Assembly (NCBI RefSeq): GCF_018350175.1
Contig: NC_058368.1
Span: 142,850,001 to 142,914,000 of the forward strand
From: Felis catus
Lineage: Eukaryota
Direction of reading: 5' to 3'
Length of the DNA: 64,000 nt
A program made the position numbers and the translations under genes. Within the stretch, counting starts at the first letter, position 1; every line of letters starts with the position of its first letter. Positions 51,126 to 62,840 of this stretch are shown one piece after another. The notes under the pieces were generated by a model. It was not told the origin of the DNA. It ran no database searches and worked only from the letters and a program-made list of their open reading frames with translations.

Positions 51126-51489
51126 ACTTCTGTATCCCTGCACTTTATATAAATTATGAAATTTGGAGAGTAACTCTCAACTACAGTTAAAACCTTCTTC
51201 AAGTAACATGCAAAGGGAACGAAATAAAGCCCCAAGCCCAGCCCTGTGGGGCAAGAATGAAATGATTTCAGGTAGTCTGTTGTTACATTCCTATGTATCC
51301 TCACATCCTTACATAACTGGCTCAGAATCCCCCAGCTCAGAAATTAAGAAATGAAAGCCAGGCATTTCTCATGTGGCTGCAATGGTTCCAGTGCACCAGC
51401 TCAACCTGGTATATTGCTTTTGCCCTTGTCTTTCTACAATCTAGTCTCAACAAGCAACCAGAGTAAGGCTTCTCAAATGTACATCAGTT

Positions 51490-52025
51490 GAGTGTGGGCT
51501 GGACTTAGTGACTAGCTTCCAAAGAATAAGGAATAGAAAGGGGAAAATATTAAGTAATAGTGGAGAAACCCACCCGAATCCACATGAACCAAGTGACCAG
51601 GCTAGCATCACTTCCCCAGCTGGATATCGGGTGGCCCTGATAGGTTGTAAGGAAAAGAGCACTTCACTTCTTTAGTATTCTTTCCCTCTAATCATAAGGG
51701 AAACACCAGACAAATCTAGACTGAGAGACAGTCTACAAAATACCTGATCAGTACTCCCCAGAATTGTCAAGGTCACTAAAAACGAGGATATATTGAGAAA
51801 TTGTCACAGATAAGAGGACATGAAGGAGGCATTAAGAACTAAATGCCATGAGGTATCCTGGATTGGATTCTGGAACAGGAAAGGACATTAATGGAAAAAC
51901 TGGTGAAAACTTTTTGAAGTCTGGAGTTTAGTTAATAGGAGTATACCAATGTTGGTTTCTCAGTTTCAAGAAAAGCACCACAGTAATGTAAGATAATAAC
52001 ATCAGGAGAAACTGAAACTGGGTAA
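51490..52025 (+). mobile_element. Old L1 (L1MC-like) 3' UTR fragment
   Basis: gtgggctggacttagtgactagcttcc...actaaatgccatgaggtatcctggattggattctggaacag. Confidence 0.65.
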
Positions 52026-52131
52026 GTCAGCCTGCTTTTAGAAATCCTCGTAGCTAAGTTATAAAGACCTCTGTGCTCTTATTAGGACCTAGATGATTAG
52101 GATGAAAAGATGAATTACCTTTACTATCTTT

Positions 52132-52419
52132 TTTTTTTTTTTTATGTTAGCAGAGTGTGATGTATGGTTAGTGGCTATGTGCATGTGTGTGTGTGTGTGT
52201 TGGTTTTCAACGTTTATTTTATTTTTGGGACAGAGAGAGACAGAGCATGAACGGGGTTGGGGGGGGGGAGCAGAGAGAGAGGGAGACACAGAATCGGAAA
52301 CAGGCTCCAGGCTCTGAGCCATCAGCCCAGAGCCCGACGCGGGGCTCGAACTCACGGACTGCAAGATCGTGACCTGGCTGAAGTTGGACGCTCAACCGAC
52401 TGCGCCACCCAGGCGCCCC
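52132..52419 (-). mobile_element. Young felid CanSINE with an extra 60-bp unique segment before its poly(A)
   Basis: 17-bp TSD TTACCTTTACTATCTTT at 52115-52131 and 52420-52436. Confidence 0.92.
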
Positions 52420-52475
52420 TTACCTTTACTATCTTTACAACTTTTTAAAACTAATTTTTAAAAATTTTATTTTAG

Positions 52476-53100
52476 AGGGGCACCTTGGTGGCTCAAGCGG
52501 TTAAGTGTCTGACTTTGGCTCAGGTCATGATCTCATGGTTTTTGGGTTCGAGCCTTGTGTTGGGCTCTGTGCTGACAATTCAGAGCCTGGAGCCTGCTTC
52601 AGTTTCTGTCTTCCTCTCTCTCTGTCCCTCCCTGGCTTGTGCTCTGTCTCTTATTTTTGAGAGAGAGAGCACAAGTGAGGGAGAGGGGCAGAAGGAGAGA
52701 GAGACAGACAGTGGGGCGGGGAGGGAGGGAGAGAATCTTTAAAAATTTTTTTTTTTATTTTTAATGTTTCCTTATTTTTGAGAGAAAGAAAGAGAGAGAG
52801 TGCAACCAGGGGAGGGGCAGAGAGAGAGGGAGACACAAAATCCAAGGCAGACTCCAGGCTGTCAGCATAGAGCATGACGTGGGGCTTGAACTCACAAACT
52901 GTGAGATCATAACCTGAGCCAAAGTCAGACGCCCAGTTGACTGAGCTGCCCAGGCACCCCAAGGGAGGGAGAGAATTTTAAGCAGTCTCCATGCTCAGTG
53001 TGGAGCTATCATGGGGCTCAATCTCATGACCTTGGGATCATGACCTGAGGTGAAGTCAAGAGTCAGACACTCAACCAACCGAGCCACCCAGCTGCTCCTG
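52476..53100. mobile_element. Composite of three CanSINEs: a + copy fused tail-to-tail to a - copy that carries another nested - copy
   Basis: + head at ~52477, junction at ~52650. Nested copy ~52742-52960 with TSD AGGGAGGGAGAGAAT. Outer - head ends ~53099. Confidence 0.82.
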
Positions 53101-53274
53101 CAACTTTTCTATAAACCTAAAACTATTTCAAAATAAAAACCATATTTTTTAAAACAAAAGAAAAAAACATAATGGTGGGGAAAATCTTGCAACGGCCTCC
53201 AGCTTATGCAGGACAAATGCCAAGTCCCTACAGGGGCCCCCTTGGCCCTATTTAAAGTGGCAACACCCTTCTTC

Positions 53275-53459
53275 CTTTTTTGAGAGAGAGAGACAGAGAG
53301 TACAAGCAGGGAAGGGGGCAAAGGGAAAGAGAGAATCTCAAGCAGGTTCCATGCCCAGCACAGAGCCCGATGCAGAGCTCAATGCCATGATGGTGAGGTC
53401 ATGACCTGAGCCAAAATCAAGAGTCAAGTGCTTAACCGACTGAGCCACCAGGCGCCCCC
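53275..53459 (-). mobile_element. CanSINE followed by a CT-rich low-complexity tract
   Basis: Reverse head gagccaccaggcgcccc. Confidence 0.85.
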
Positions 53460-54706
53460 TTTTTTCCTTTTCTTTCTTCCTTCCTTTCTTTCTTTTTCTT
53501 TCTTTCCTTTTCTTTTCTTTCTTTCGACATCCTTCTTGACATGACCTACTCCCCATCACTGGTTTATTTTTCTACAGAGCATTATTTAATCTTTCCTGAC
53601 CTCTATATAACATATTCATTTCGGGTGTCATCTGTCTCCTATCTCTACTCACAGCCCTCCACACACACACACACACACCAGAATGTAAACACCAGGACAG
53701 CAGGAAATGTGGCATCTTTTGTTCATCAGGGAGAATAAAGTAGGACTCAATAATTATTTGCTGAAGAAATTAAGGAGTGCATGGGTCAATCAAACTCTAC
53801 CTGAAAAACATTATAACTCTAGAACTCACTTTTTATTAAGTTCAAAACTAAAATGATTAAGTGGAGAAAGCAAATGAATATTGATGATGCAAAGTTAACT
53901 TGTCTTCTAGATTTACTAGGTAGATATTTATTCAAATATATGAAATAACATAGGTGGAAGCTGTTCATTTCAGTTTGAAGTGGCAAAGCATGGAAATAAT
54001 GTTATTACCGATCAATAGGGATAGATGAAATAAATCCTGCCATATTGTACAATAAAATATTAGGCCATTAGGAAAAGAAGAAGCTCCTTGTCTATTAATG
54101 TGAAATGATTGAGAAGGTAGGTTTTTAGGTTAATAAAAAAAAAAAAAAGCAAGATAGCAACAGTGCTCTACTGGTTGGTTAAATTGGGGGGGGGGGCAAA
54201 AAATGTTTATACATATTTGTTGTATGTGCATAAAATATTTCTGAATAGACCCCAAAAACTGGAACACTGGTTGACTGGAGGGATCGGGTACCTGAAGGAC
54301 AGGATGCCCTTTTTTAATTTTTGAATTTTGGACCAAGTGAATGTCTTATCTATTTTAATTAACTCATTAATTAAAATGAAATTAACTTTTGAAAAATGGA
54401 TTTTTACACATTATGCAATACTGATGTAACAGTCTTTTAAAAATAAAATGAAACTGACACCCTGAAATAGCGTTTTAATTTTTTCTTTTTGTTTATTCTA
54501 GATCATGCTGGTAGACTTAATCTCATTAACAATTAATGACCTTTTGAATTTTGGGTACCGTATGTATATATTAAGTACTGAATTTATTTTTCAAAATGGA
54601 TTACTTTTATAATAAGAAAACAATCAGAGTTAATTTTGTCTGCCTGAATCATTCCCTACGACCAGTAAAAAGACTGTATTCAAAATTCAGACTAGTTTAT
54701 TTTAAA

Positions 54707-54742
54707 GTTTGTTTGTTTGTTTGTTTGTTTGTTTGTTTGTTT

Positions 54743-54785
<43 letters not shown>

Positions 54786-54920
54786 CCCAAGCAGGCTCCA
54801 CACTGTCAGCACAGAGACCGGCTTGGGCTAGGGACTCAGGACTCAATCTCACAATCCTGAAATCATGACGTAAGCTGAAATCAAGTCAGATGTTTAACCA
54901 ACTGAACCACCAGACACCTC
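54707..54920 (-). mobile_element. CanSINE with (GTTT)n and (GA)n tracts
   Basis: Degenerate TSD AGACT(A/G)G(T/C)TTATTTTA. Confidence 0.85.
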
Positions 54921-55024
54921 TAGACTGGCTTATTTTAGACTTTTTAGTTTATTTAGTTTATTGGGCTTTTTGTAGGATATACAAAAGTCCAAGAAGCTGT
55001 TTTATGTCAATTTTATCTGTTTTT

Positions 55025-55735
55025 AATTTTTATTAGAGTGTAAGATACATACAAATAACAGTGTGTATTCATAAAGGTACAACTTAGTGAATAGTCATAA
55101 GCTGAACACGCTTAGGTACACAACACTAAGATTAAAAAAAAAAAGAAGAAAGACCATTACCAGCATCCCCAAAGCATCCCAACCTCATTCCCTTCTTGTC
55201 ACTCTTCCCTCCCCAGAGAGTAATCAATACTGTGACTTCTAAGAGGATAGCTTAGTTTCTCCTGTTTTTGTACATTATATAAATTTAATCTTATAGTATT
55301 GCCTTTTCATGTCTGGTTTCTCTTACTCGACACCGTTGGTAAGATTCATGCATATCTCCGCATGTAGTTATAAGTGAATTTGTTCACACTGCACGTAGCA
55401 TTCCATTGTGTAACTACATCACAATTCATTGATCGATTCCATCACTGATAAGTGTTTGGGTAGTTTTCAGTTTGGGCCATTTATGAATGGGTTGCTATGA
55501 GCAATCGTGTAAGCGCTTTTTGAGGAAAACTTACATACCAACCAGGAGTGGAAGTGCTTGATGTAGAGTGCAGCTCTAAAAGATACTACCAAACAATTTT
55601 TTCTAAACAGTTGTACCAAGTTATACTCCTACCAACAGTGGTGAGAGTACCTGGGGGCTCTTCATCTGCCCTAGCAGCTCATATTTTTTATTTCAGCTTT
55701 TCTGGTACATGTGTACTGGTATCATTGGAAAGTGT
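55025..55735 (-). mobile_element. Old L1 3' fragment
   Basis: Antisense L1M-type motifs (cctgtttttgtacattatataaa...gtttgggtagttttcagtttggg...gttgtaccaagttatactcctaccaacagtgg). Confidence 0.7.
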
Positions 55736-55964
55736 ACCATATATATATTTTTTAATTCTTTAAGCTAAGTTATAAGTACCAAAAAAGTTGAAACTAGAGA
55801 AGTGGAAGTTAGAGAGAAACTTATTTTTTATACATGCCCTTTTTTACTCTTTGGCGTTCTTATTGTACGTGTATGTTAAGTTGAAAAATACAGTATATTA
55901 CTATATTCTTGAGGTTCAGAAGCTAGTGGGTGATGCCAATTTTGCCACTTAGAAACATGTTATT

Positions 55965-56430
55965 GGAGCATCTGGGTGGCTCAGTCAATTGAGCATCCAG
56001 CTCTTGATTTTGGCTCAGGTCATGCATGATCTCACGGTCATGGGTTTGCATCAGGCTCTGTGCTGACAGTGTCGAGCCTGCTTGGGATTCTCTCTCCCTC
56101 TGTGTCTCTTTGCCTTTCTCTCTCTCTCTATTCCAAACTAAGTAAATAAACTTTGGGGGCACCTGGGTGGCTCAGTCGGTTGAGCCTCTGACCGGTTCAG
56201 GTCATGATTTCACAGTTTGTGAGCTTGAGCCTCGTGTCGGGCTCTGTGCTGGCAGCTCAGAGCCTGAAGCCTATTTCACATTCTGTGTCTCCCTCTCTCT
56301 CTCTGACCCTCCCCTGCTCACTCTCTCTCTCTCTTTCTCCCTCCCTCTCTCTCTCAAAAATAAGCATTTAAAAAAATGGTAATAATAAAAAAAATAAAAG
56401 TAGATTTAAAATAAATAAATTTTAAAATCT
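55965..56430 (+). mobile_element. Two CanSINEs, the second in the tail of the first
   Basis: Heads at ~55965 and ~56156. Outer TSD AGAAA(C/T)ATGTT. Confidence 0.85.
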
Positions 56431-57381
56431 TGAAAGAAAAAAGAAATATGTTGTGATTGTCTAACCCTTCCCTGGGCTGGACCCCTTATCTCATACCACC
56501 ACAACCAGCAATGTGGTGTGATATCCCCCACAGGTTCTAAACCAGGACATGGGATTGAAATCGGGAGCTACACACTCGAGCTGACGTACTACAAAGACAT
56601 CCTGTGGCGGCCCCATGAGAAAAAGGGGATCTGTAGCCTTTACTCCACCTTTTCCCATTCAAAGAGGTAGTTCATCTTTCAGTAGGTCACAAAGATGACA
56701 GAAACCAAGGTTTGATGGATCATCTCAGGAAATCATGGCTTCTCTTCTCTGAAACCCGTTGAAAATAATAAAGTTTCCGAGGGACTGGACAACCCAAGGG
56801 TTGGACACAATCCTGAAGTCATGGTTTATTTGTGGGAGATGATCTGCGCAGGGCAGACCGTTTGCTGTTGATGACAAATTATACATCCAGTGAATCTGAA
56901 CTTCTCCTGACAAGAAAAGGGACCTCTGTGTTGGGTCAAGTGAGTGTGTGGTGGTAGGGGGTGGGGAGAGGGCAGGCATGAACTGGATGAGGTTATAGAG
57001 AGTTGGGAAGATGTTTAGAAAATCAGTTTACTGAAAATGAAATATAGAGTAGCTCTGGAGAGTGTGACCTTTGGCTTCATCCTGCATAGGCCAAACCCCT
57101 CCTCCCAGCTCCATGCTTACTATTGACGTGATCTTGGGAAAGTCACCATTTAGTCTACGCGTCTTAATATTGTCATCAGTAAAATGGGGATGGCAAAGTC
57201 CCCATCCCCTAGGGTTATTATGAAGGTTGGTTACATAATGCCTCTGAAGCACTTAGCACAGCTAACTCCATATAATAGGTGCCCAAAAAGTTACAGTTAT
57301 CTAGGTGCTGGTTTGTTTGTTTGTTTTTTAAAGGCACATGACTGCAGAAGAGAGTGTTAAAGGAAAAGCTTAAGAGAGAGA

Positions 57382-57577
57382 GGGGTGCCTGGTGGCTTAG
57401 TAGGTTAAGCATTTGACTTCAGCTCAGATCTTGATCTCAGGGTCTGTGAGTTGGAGCCCCACATCAGGCATCCCTACTTCAGATCCTCTGTCCCCTCTCT
57501 CTCTGCCTCTCCCCCAACCGACCCCCACTGCACCCCTACTCTCTCTCTCTCTCTCAAAAATAAGTAAACATTAAAAA
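57382..57577 (+). mobile_element. CanSINE
   Basis: Head ggggtgcctggtggctt, CT tract, A tail. Confidence 0.82.
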
Positions 57578-59874
57578 GAGAGAAAGAGAGAAGAGAGAAA
57601 ATTTCAGAGCTAGAAAGAAAACTTGGGGTGGGATTACCATGCTGGAAGGATAGTGTGGGAAACTGGGTGTGTCCAGAGTTCACAGGAACATTGGCTGGAG
57701 GACTCTTCTGTGGAAGCCAGAAGACTCTGTACAAGCTGGCCCGTCCCCCAGTGCTGAGACAAACATTTTTACTTGTGGTGGAAGGAAGCCCTGAATAGTC
57801 TAGGAAAAAAACAAAATAGAGATACTCTGCCGTATCTCCAGAAAGTAGGAAGGGGCTAAAGTTGGAGGGCACACACAGGAGCCAGATGAACTTTCTGAGC
57901 CAACCTAAGGGAATGCTTGATGACCACAAGGGGGAAGGCAGAGGGAACACCGTGGGAAGAGGCTGTTTTGTGCTCTAGTATATGCAAAGCTAAGTTTATG
58001 CCAAGCCAACTGCAAAACGAAAACAAAAACAAAGTGAAAAGTCACCTAGTTTCAACTTGAATTCTGCATATGAATAAACCAAGGCTCTTAAAAAGGGGAT
58101 AATTGTGTGAGGTGATTTGGTATGCCTGGTGTGTTGTGTGTGGCCATTTCCCAGGCCAGAGGGAATGAAGTAGTACCAGAAAACGTGAAGTGAGGCAAGT
58201 CTGTGCACCGGGGGGAGAGGGTTGTAGATGAAAAACCCACCACCACCATCCCTTTATTTTGATCCTGGGCAGTGGCAACAGAAAATAGCTGGGGGTTACT
58301 AGCCATGGAAAAATAGGAATGAAAGTAAAATCTTCAATTTGGGGGCCATTTGGGAGAGTTCAAACTGAAGGACATCTCATAAATCTTTAATAACCCCAAC
58401 TATACCTTCTATTGACAGCAGGAGTTGAAAATTCAAATGCCTTCAAGATAAGGTAACTATGTGAACAAGAAGAGAATAGGAATGTGGGGCGGACTGGCAG
58501 ACAGGAAGGCTCTACATAAAGGAACTTCCATTTTCTACAAACACTGGCCTTGCCAAAGGAAACACAGAGGTTGGCTACATTTCCATGTCACCAGTTTGTA
58601 AACACTGTTCTCTACATGGTGTTAAAACATGACACATCTTCAAAGGCTTAAAGGCTAAATGCAACATTTTTACTCTAAAGCGACCTGAGAAAAGACAGTT
58701 TCGTTTTGAAGACGATACCAAGTGAACGGAAAATGAAAAGTCCTCACATTTTCCTATCTACATGTCGATAAAGGGGACAGTTTAACTCTTACATGAGATG
58801 GTTTCTATCTCCCACTTGGAAAAAAAGGAGGAGATATCCTGTACCTCCGGAGGCAAGCATAGTGTTTGAAACATTGTATGAATGAAACATTTAAAGGTTT
58901 ATTAAATGAACAAATGGGGTTACAAGTAAAGCAAAGCACCAGCAGAAGACAGACAGCCTCTCTTTGGAAGTCATAAAACTCAGGAGGGTGGATCTTCAGC
59001 TCTAACCCTCCTTCTTCCCTTCAGGATTTATTTTTAACCCCAAATGAGCTTGTAAAAGGCCAAAGACTTCAGTATTATGACCTTCGTCATCTCATGGCTC
59101 TAGCAGGCAACAGAGGACATGGGCAGTCTCCCAAGAACAGTTATTACAGAACTCACTCCCCAGGTGGTATCCAAGCGGACTTAGTCCTTTGGGAATGGGG
59201 CAAAGGAACTTTAGACGTCATGCAGATAACTGCTGTACTTCCTAACTTCATGGTTCTTGAATGCAAAGTGGGGGTGCCCACCTCACAGAGTTGTAAGGAG
59301 TAAATAATATTGCGTATGTAAAAGATGTAATGTAGCACCTGGTACATAGTAAACACCCAGTGAACTGTGGCTATTATTTATCTATTGTGGAAATAGTAGG
59401 CAAAGGCATTTTTTTTTTTTTTTTTTTGCGAATGCATTCTTATTAACAGCCCTAAATGGGATGGGGGTGGAGAAGTAGGATAGCAAATTGTGAAGCTGTG
59501 GGAAAAAAAAAAAAAAATTTCAACAACTGCCCATAAATCATTTTGGAAAAGGTAGAGGTGGACAAATGTATAAATAACTAAAATGTCCTACATTTAAATG
59601 CAAATCCTTAGGTATATGTGTATATACTTAAATATATCCATAGAGTTCCTCTGGAACAATAGGGAAAGTGGTTACCTCCAGGAAGGGCTTGTACTGGGAA
59701 TAGTAGCTGGGGAAAGACTAAAATTTTGCATTGTATCTCCATTATCTACTAAAAATTCGCAATTCATTTTTAAATTAAGTGCTAATGGTTTAAGATCTCT
59801 CCTAAATTTTGCTAAATTTGAAACCGTGTGAAATTGCGGAAGGCGGCTTTCGGCTTTTACTGTCAGAGCCCTGA

Positions 59875-59892
59875 TACCGCCCCCTAGCGCCT
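59875..59892 (-). promoter_or_regulatory. Candidate CTCF binding site
   Basis: The minus strand reads AGGCGCTAGGGGGCGGTA, close to the CCRCYAGRKGGCRS core. It lies in a small isolated CpG-rich patch (~59825-59935). Confidence 0.55.
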
Positions 59893-60916
59893 GGTACCCG
59901 CCACTACAGCTACTCCCTGCAGCCACGGCCGGGCTCACCCTGAACCTGTATTTCTCCAATACTCATCAGGGTCCAACCATAAGTAGTTAATTCATTAACT
60001 AAACTATTAGCTTCTCAGACACTCCAATGCTTTAATGGTCGAAAATCTAAACACTGGGAAGGATGACTTTACCTCATTCCTCATTCTTGCTGGGCAACTG
60101 AAACATTCAATTATTTAAATTACAATATACGCATCCATCATCCTTACATTTTTTCCCATTTTAACTCGACAATTAACACAAGAAAAAGGACTTTTCTACT
60201 TTCTCAATTGTATCTCAAGTGCACATCATTTTAAAAATTAAATTTCTATTAACTCATCATTTGCTACAATAATTTCCTTCTTTGCATGTGTTGAAATGGA
60301 AGTTACTGTTCCACATACAAAATTTCCTTATGTGCTTTTATTTGGGTAAAAGGTTCTGAACTCTGTTTCAGGATTTTTAACTCTGTGCTCTAAGATATTT
60401 ACTGTGGTGGTGTACATTTGTTAAACTAATGCTTTTATTATTTTAAAATCTATGTGTTCTCAGTGTAGAGATATTTTGGGAAATACAACAAAGCATAATA
60501 AAATAAAAGCAAGCCCTAATTCCACCATCATCAGATAACTACTATTAACATTTCTATTTCCTCCCGGTTCTTCTAGTACCTGTATGTCTTTACACACAAT
60601 TTTCGAACTGAATTTTGAAATGTCCAAGGTATATTTCCACTGTCATATATAGATGTTAAAAGTCTGTCCTGGTTATATATTGCAAAGATATTCTTACTAG
60701 AAAACTACTGTGTTATTAGGAACTGCACGGCATGTTTGGATATAATGGCAGAAGGTCATTTTGAACATACCCACTAATTCAGAGTTAGTATTAGACGTTC
60801 TGTAAATGCTATATTTGTATTCCGTTACATAACTCCCGGATGCATTTCGCCCAGATCACACCTCAGACTGAACTTCTTCCCAGGGCATCGCCTCCTCATT
60901 CAATAACCTTGTATCC

Positions 60917-60937
60917 TGGCCTTTGACAAATATTTGT
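60917..60937. promoter_or_regulatory. Candidate HNF4 site overlapping a forkhead-like palindrome upstream of BHMT
   Basis: TGGCCTTTGACA (reverse TGTCAAAGGCCA) overlaps the palindrome ACAAATATTTGT. Motif match only. Confidence 0.35.
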
Positions 60938-61019
60938 GCATGAATGGAATTCTTAGGGGCCAACTCTGGTGACTTAAGTGGGTAACGGTGCATGATCCCA
61001 GACAAGAGAGAGATAAATC

Positions 61020-62070
61020 AGGGTCGGAACCCCTCGATGCGAGCGAGGGGGGTGAGGTGGGGGGGGGGTACCATGCATTGGTAGGTTAGAAACCTGAGCG
61101 AGTGGCAACCTCGTTATTTTATTTTACTTGTCTGTTTGCTCACCTATTTGAGAGAACAATCTCGATCCTCTCCTCCACAGGGCAAGTTCCCAGCGAGCCG
61201 CGGGACTCAATAAAAAAGCTGGGGGGGGCGTGTTCCCATGCGCAAGGCCCGCGTTGGACGCGCCAAGGCTGGGGAAACCCACCCCGCGCCCAGAACAGGA
61301 TATAAAGAGCCTGGCTGCGGCGGTGGGGCAGCTCCCGGTTTCGCGCGGGGTAAAGCTCCCCTCGTCTGTCCGCATCCGTGCCTACTATCCACCGGACACC
61401 TCGAAAATGGCACCCGTTGGGGGCAAAAAGGCCAAGAGGGTGAGTCTACAGGGGACCCGAGGGCGCTCTCCATCCCAGCGGTGGCTCTGAGGCTCGACCC
61501 ACCGGCCCCGCGCCCCAGCCTCAGGAAGTGCAGAGGGGTCCCCAGAGCCCGGCTGTGACCAAAAGGTGCTCTCAGAATCTCTCGGGCGGGACCCCAAGGT
61601 GCCTCTGAGCTCCCCCCCAACACCCCTGCCCATATCCAGAGCGCGCCCTAGATCTACGTGACCCGGGGGGACACCCCCAGAGCTCCAAGACTCCCAACGT
61701 TTTCTGAGTCCCGCACCAGAGCACTACCTCAGAGGTGTGGCTCCTAGACCCACAGGCACGACTTTTCTTCCCGACAGCGGCGGGACTAGGGAGCTCCTGG
61801 TGGCTTCCGGCTCCCCTGGCCACCCCGCGTCACTGCCCGCGCCGCCGGGCGCGCCCCTCTGCGCCCTGCGTGGGCAGGCCAGGGAGGCGCGCGGCCGCGG
61901 CTGCCAGACCGTTTCGTGCCCACGCCTCGACGGGTGCAGCGGGGCCCCGGGGCCGCCTACCTGCCGCGTTTTGGGGCACGCAGCCGTCCGGGTCCCGCCG
62001 CAGCCCCAAGGCTCACACGTTGGGTGGGCCATGGTAAGTTTGCACCCGCAGTCTGATTGCTACGATCACA
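61020..62070 (+). promoter_or_regulatory. BHMT promoter CpG island with TATA box
   Basis: CpG-rich region spanning the promoter, exon 1 and the 5' part of intron 1. TATAAA at 61301-61306, about 100 nt before the ATG. Confidence 0.85.
61407..61439 (+). CDS. BHMT: Betaine-homocysteine S-methyltransferase 1, exon 1
   Basis: AAAATGG start. Encodes MAPVGGKKAKR. Donor AGG|GTGAGT. 33 nt, the same size as BHMT2 exon 1. Confidence 0.96.
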
Positions 62071-62840
62071 ATAAAATGAACCATTCAAGCCTCGGGGGAA
62101 AAAATGGGCACAGGGACTGTAAGATATTGAGTAAGGGCTGTTAAAAAGATTGAAAAACCAAAACCCAGCAACTCCACCGCCTGATTAACGACAAGCCTAT
62201 CTCTTTCCTAGTTGGGATGAGCGTTCCAGTACAGACTGTCTGCCTTGGGCTAGTTTGGGGAGTGGGGGGGGGGGGGGGGGGGGGAGGGGTGGATGGATAG
62301 ATGGATGGAGGAACAGACGGACTGTGGGACTATGGTTGGGGCTGGAGGGAGGAAGCAATATACTTGACCCTTGGGTGTCAAAGTACCCTGCCCCCGCCTG
62401 GCTGACAGAGGGCCCCAGGGACTGACAGACAGATGGGGCCAGGCCAACTGTAGGGGCTGTTAGAATAAAACTAGCTTTCACCATATTAAGAATGTGTGCT
62501 TAAGTATTCATTTGAGGCTTTACAATAAAATATTTTCACTTAATCCTTCTGTAGATATTTCTTCAAAGATAACATTCTCCCACCACATTCTTCAAAACTC
62601 TTGTGTTCTGAAAGACCCTCACCCCTAACACATGTATACACATATTTTCATATTTTCATTATATGAGCATTCTGGTTGTTTGCCTTAGAGTCATGAATTT
62701 ATAAATACATGTACTTTCTGTGAATTTTAAAGAAATCATACTTCTCAAGAATACCATAGCAAAAGTACTAAAAATAGAAAATTGTCTCAAACTCAAGTAA
62801 CTCCCTTCCTTCACCCCCCAACCCCCATCTGTAATTTTAG

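Noticed and set aside
61102..62144. Multiple 70-138 aa ORFs in the BHMT CpG island
   Set aside because: Same GC-content artefact. Only MAPVGGKKAKR is supported by homology and splice signals.
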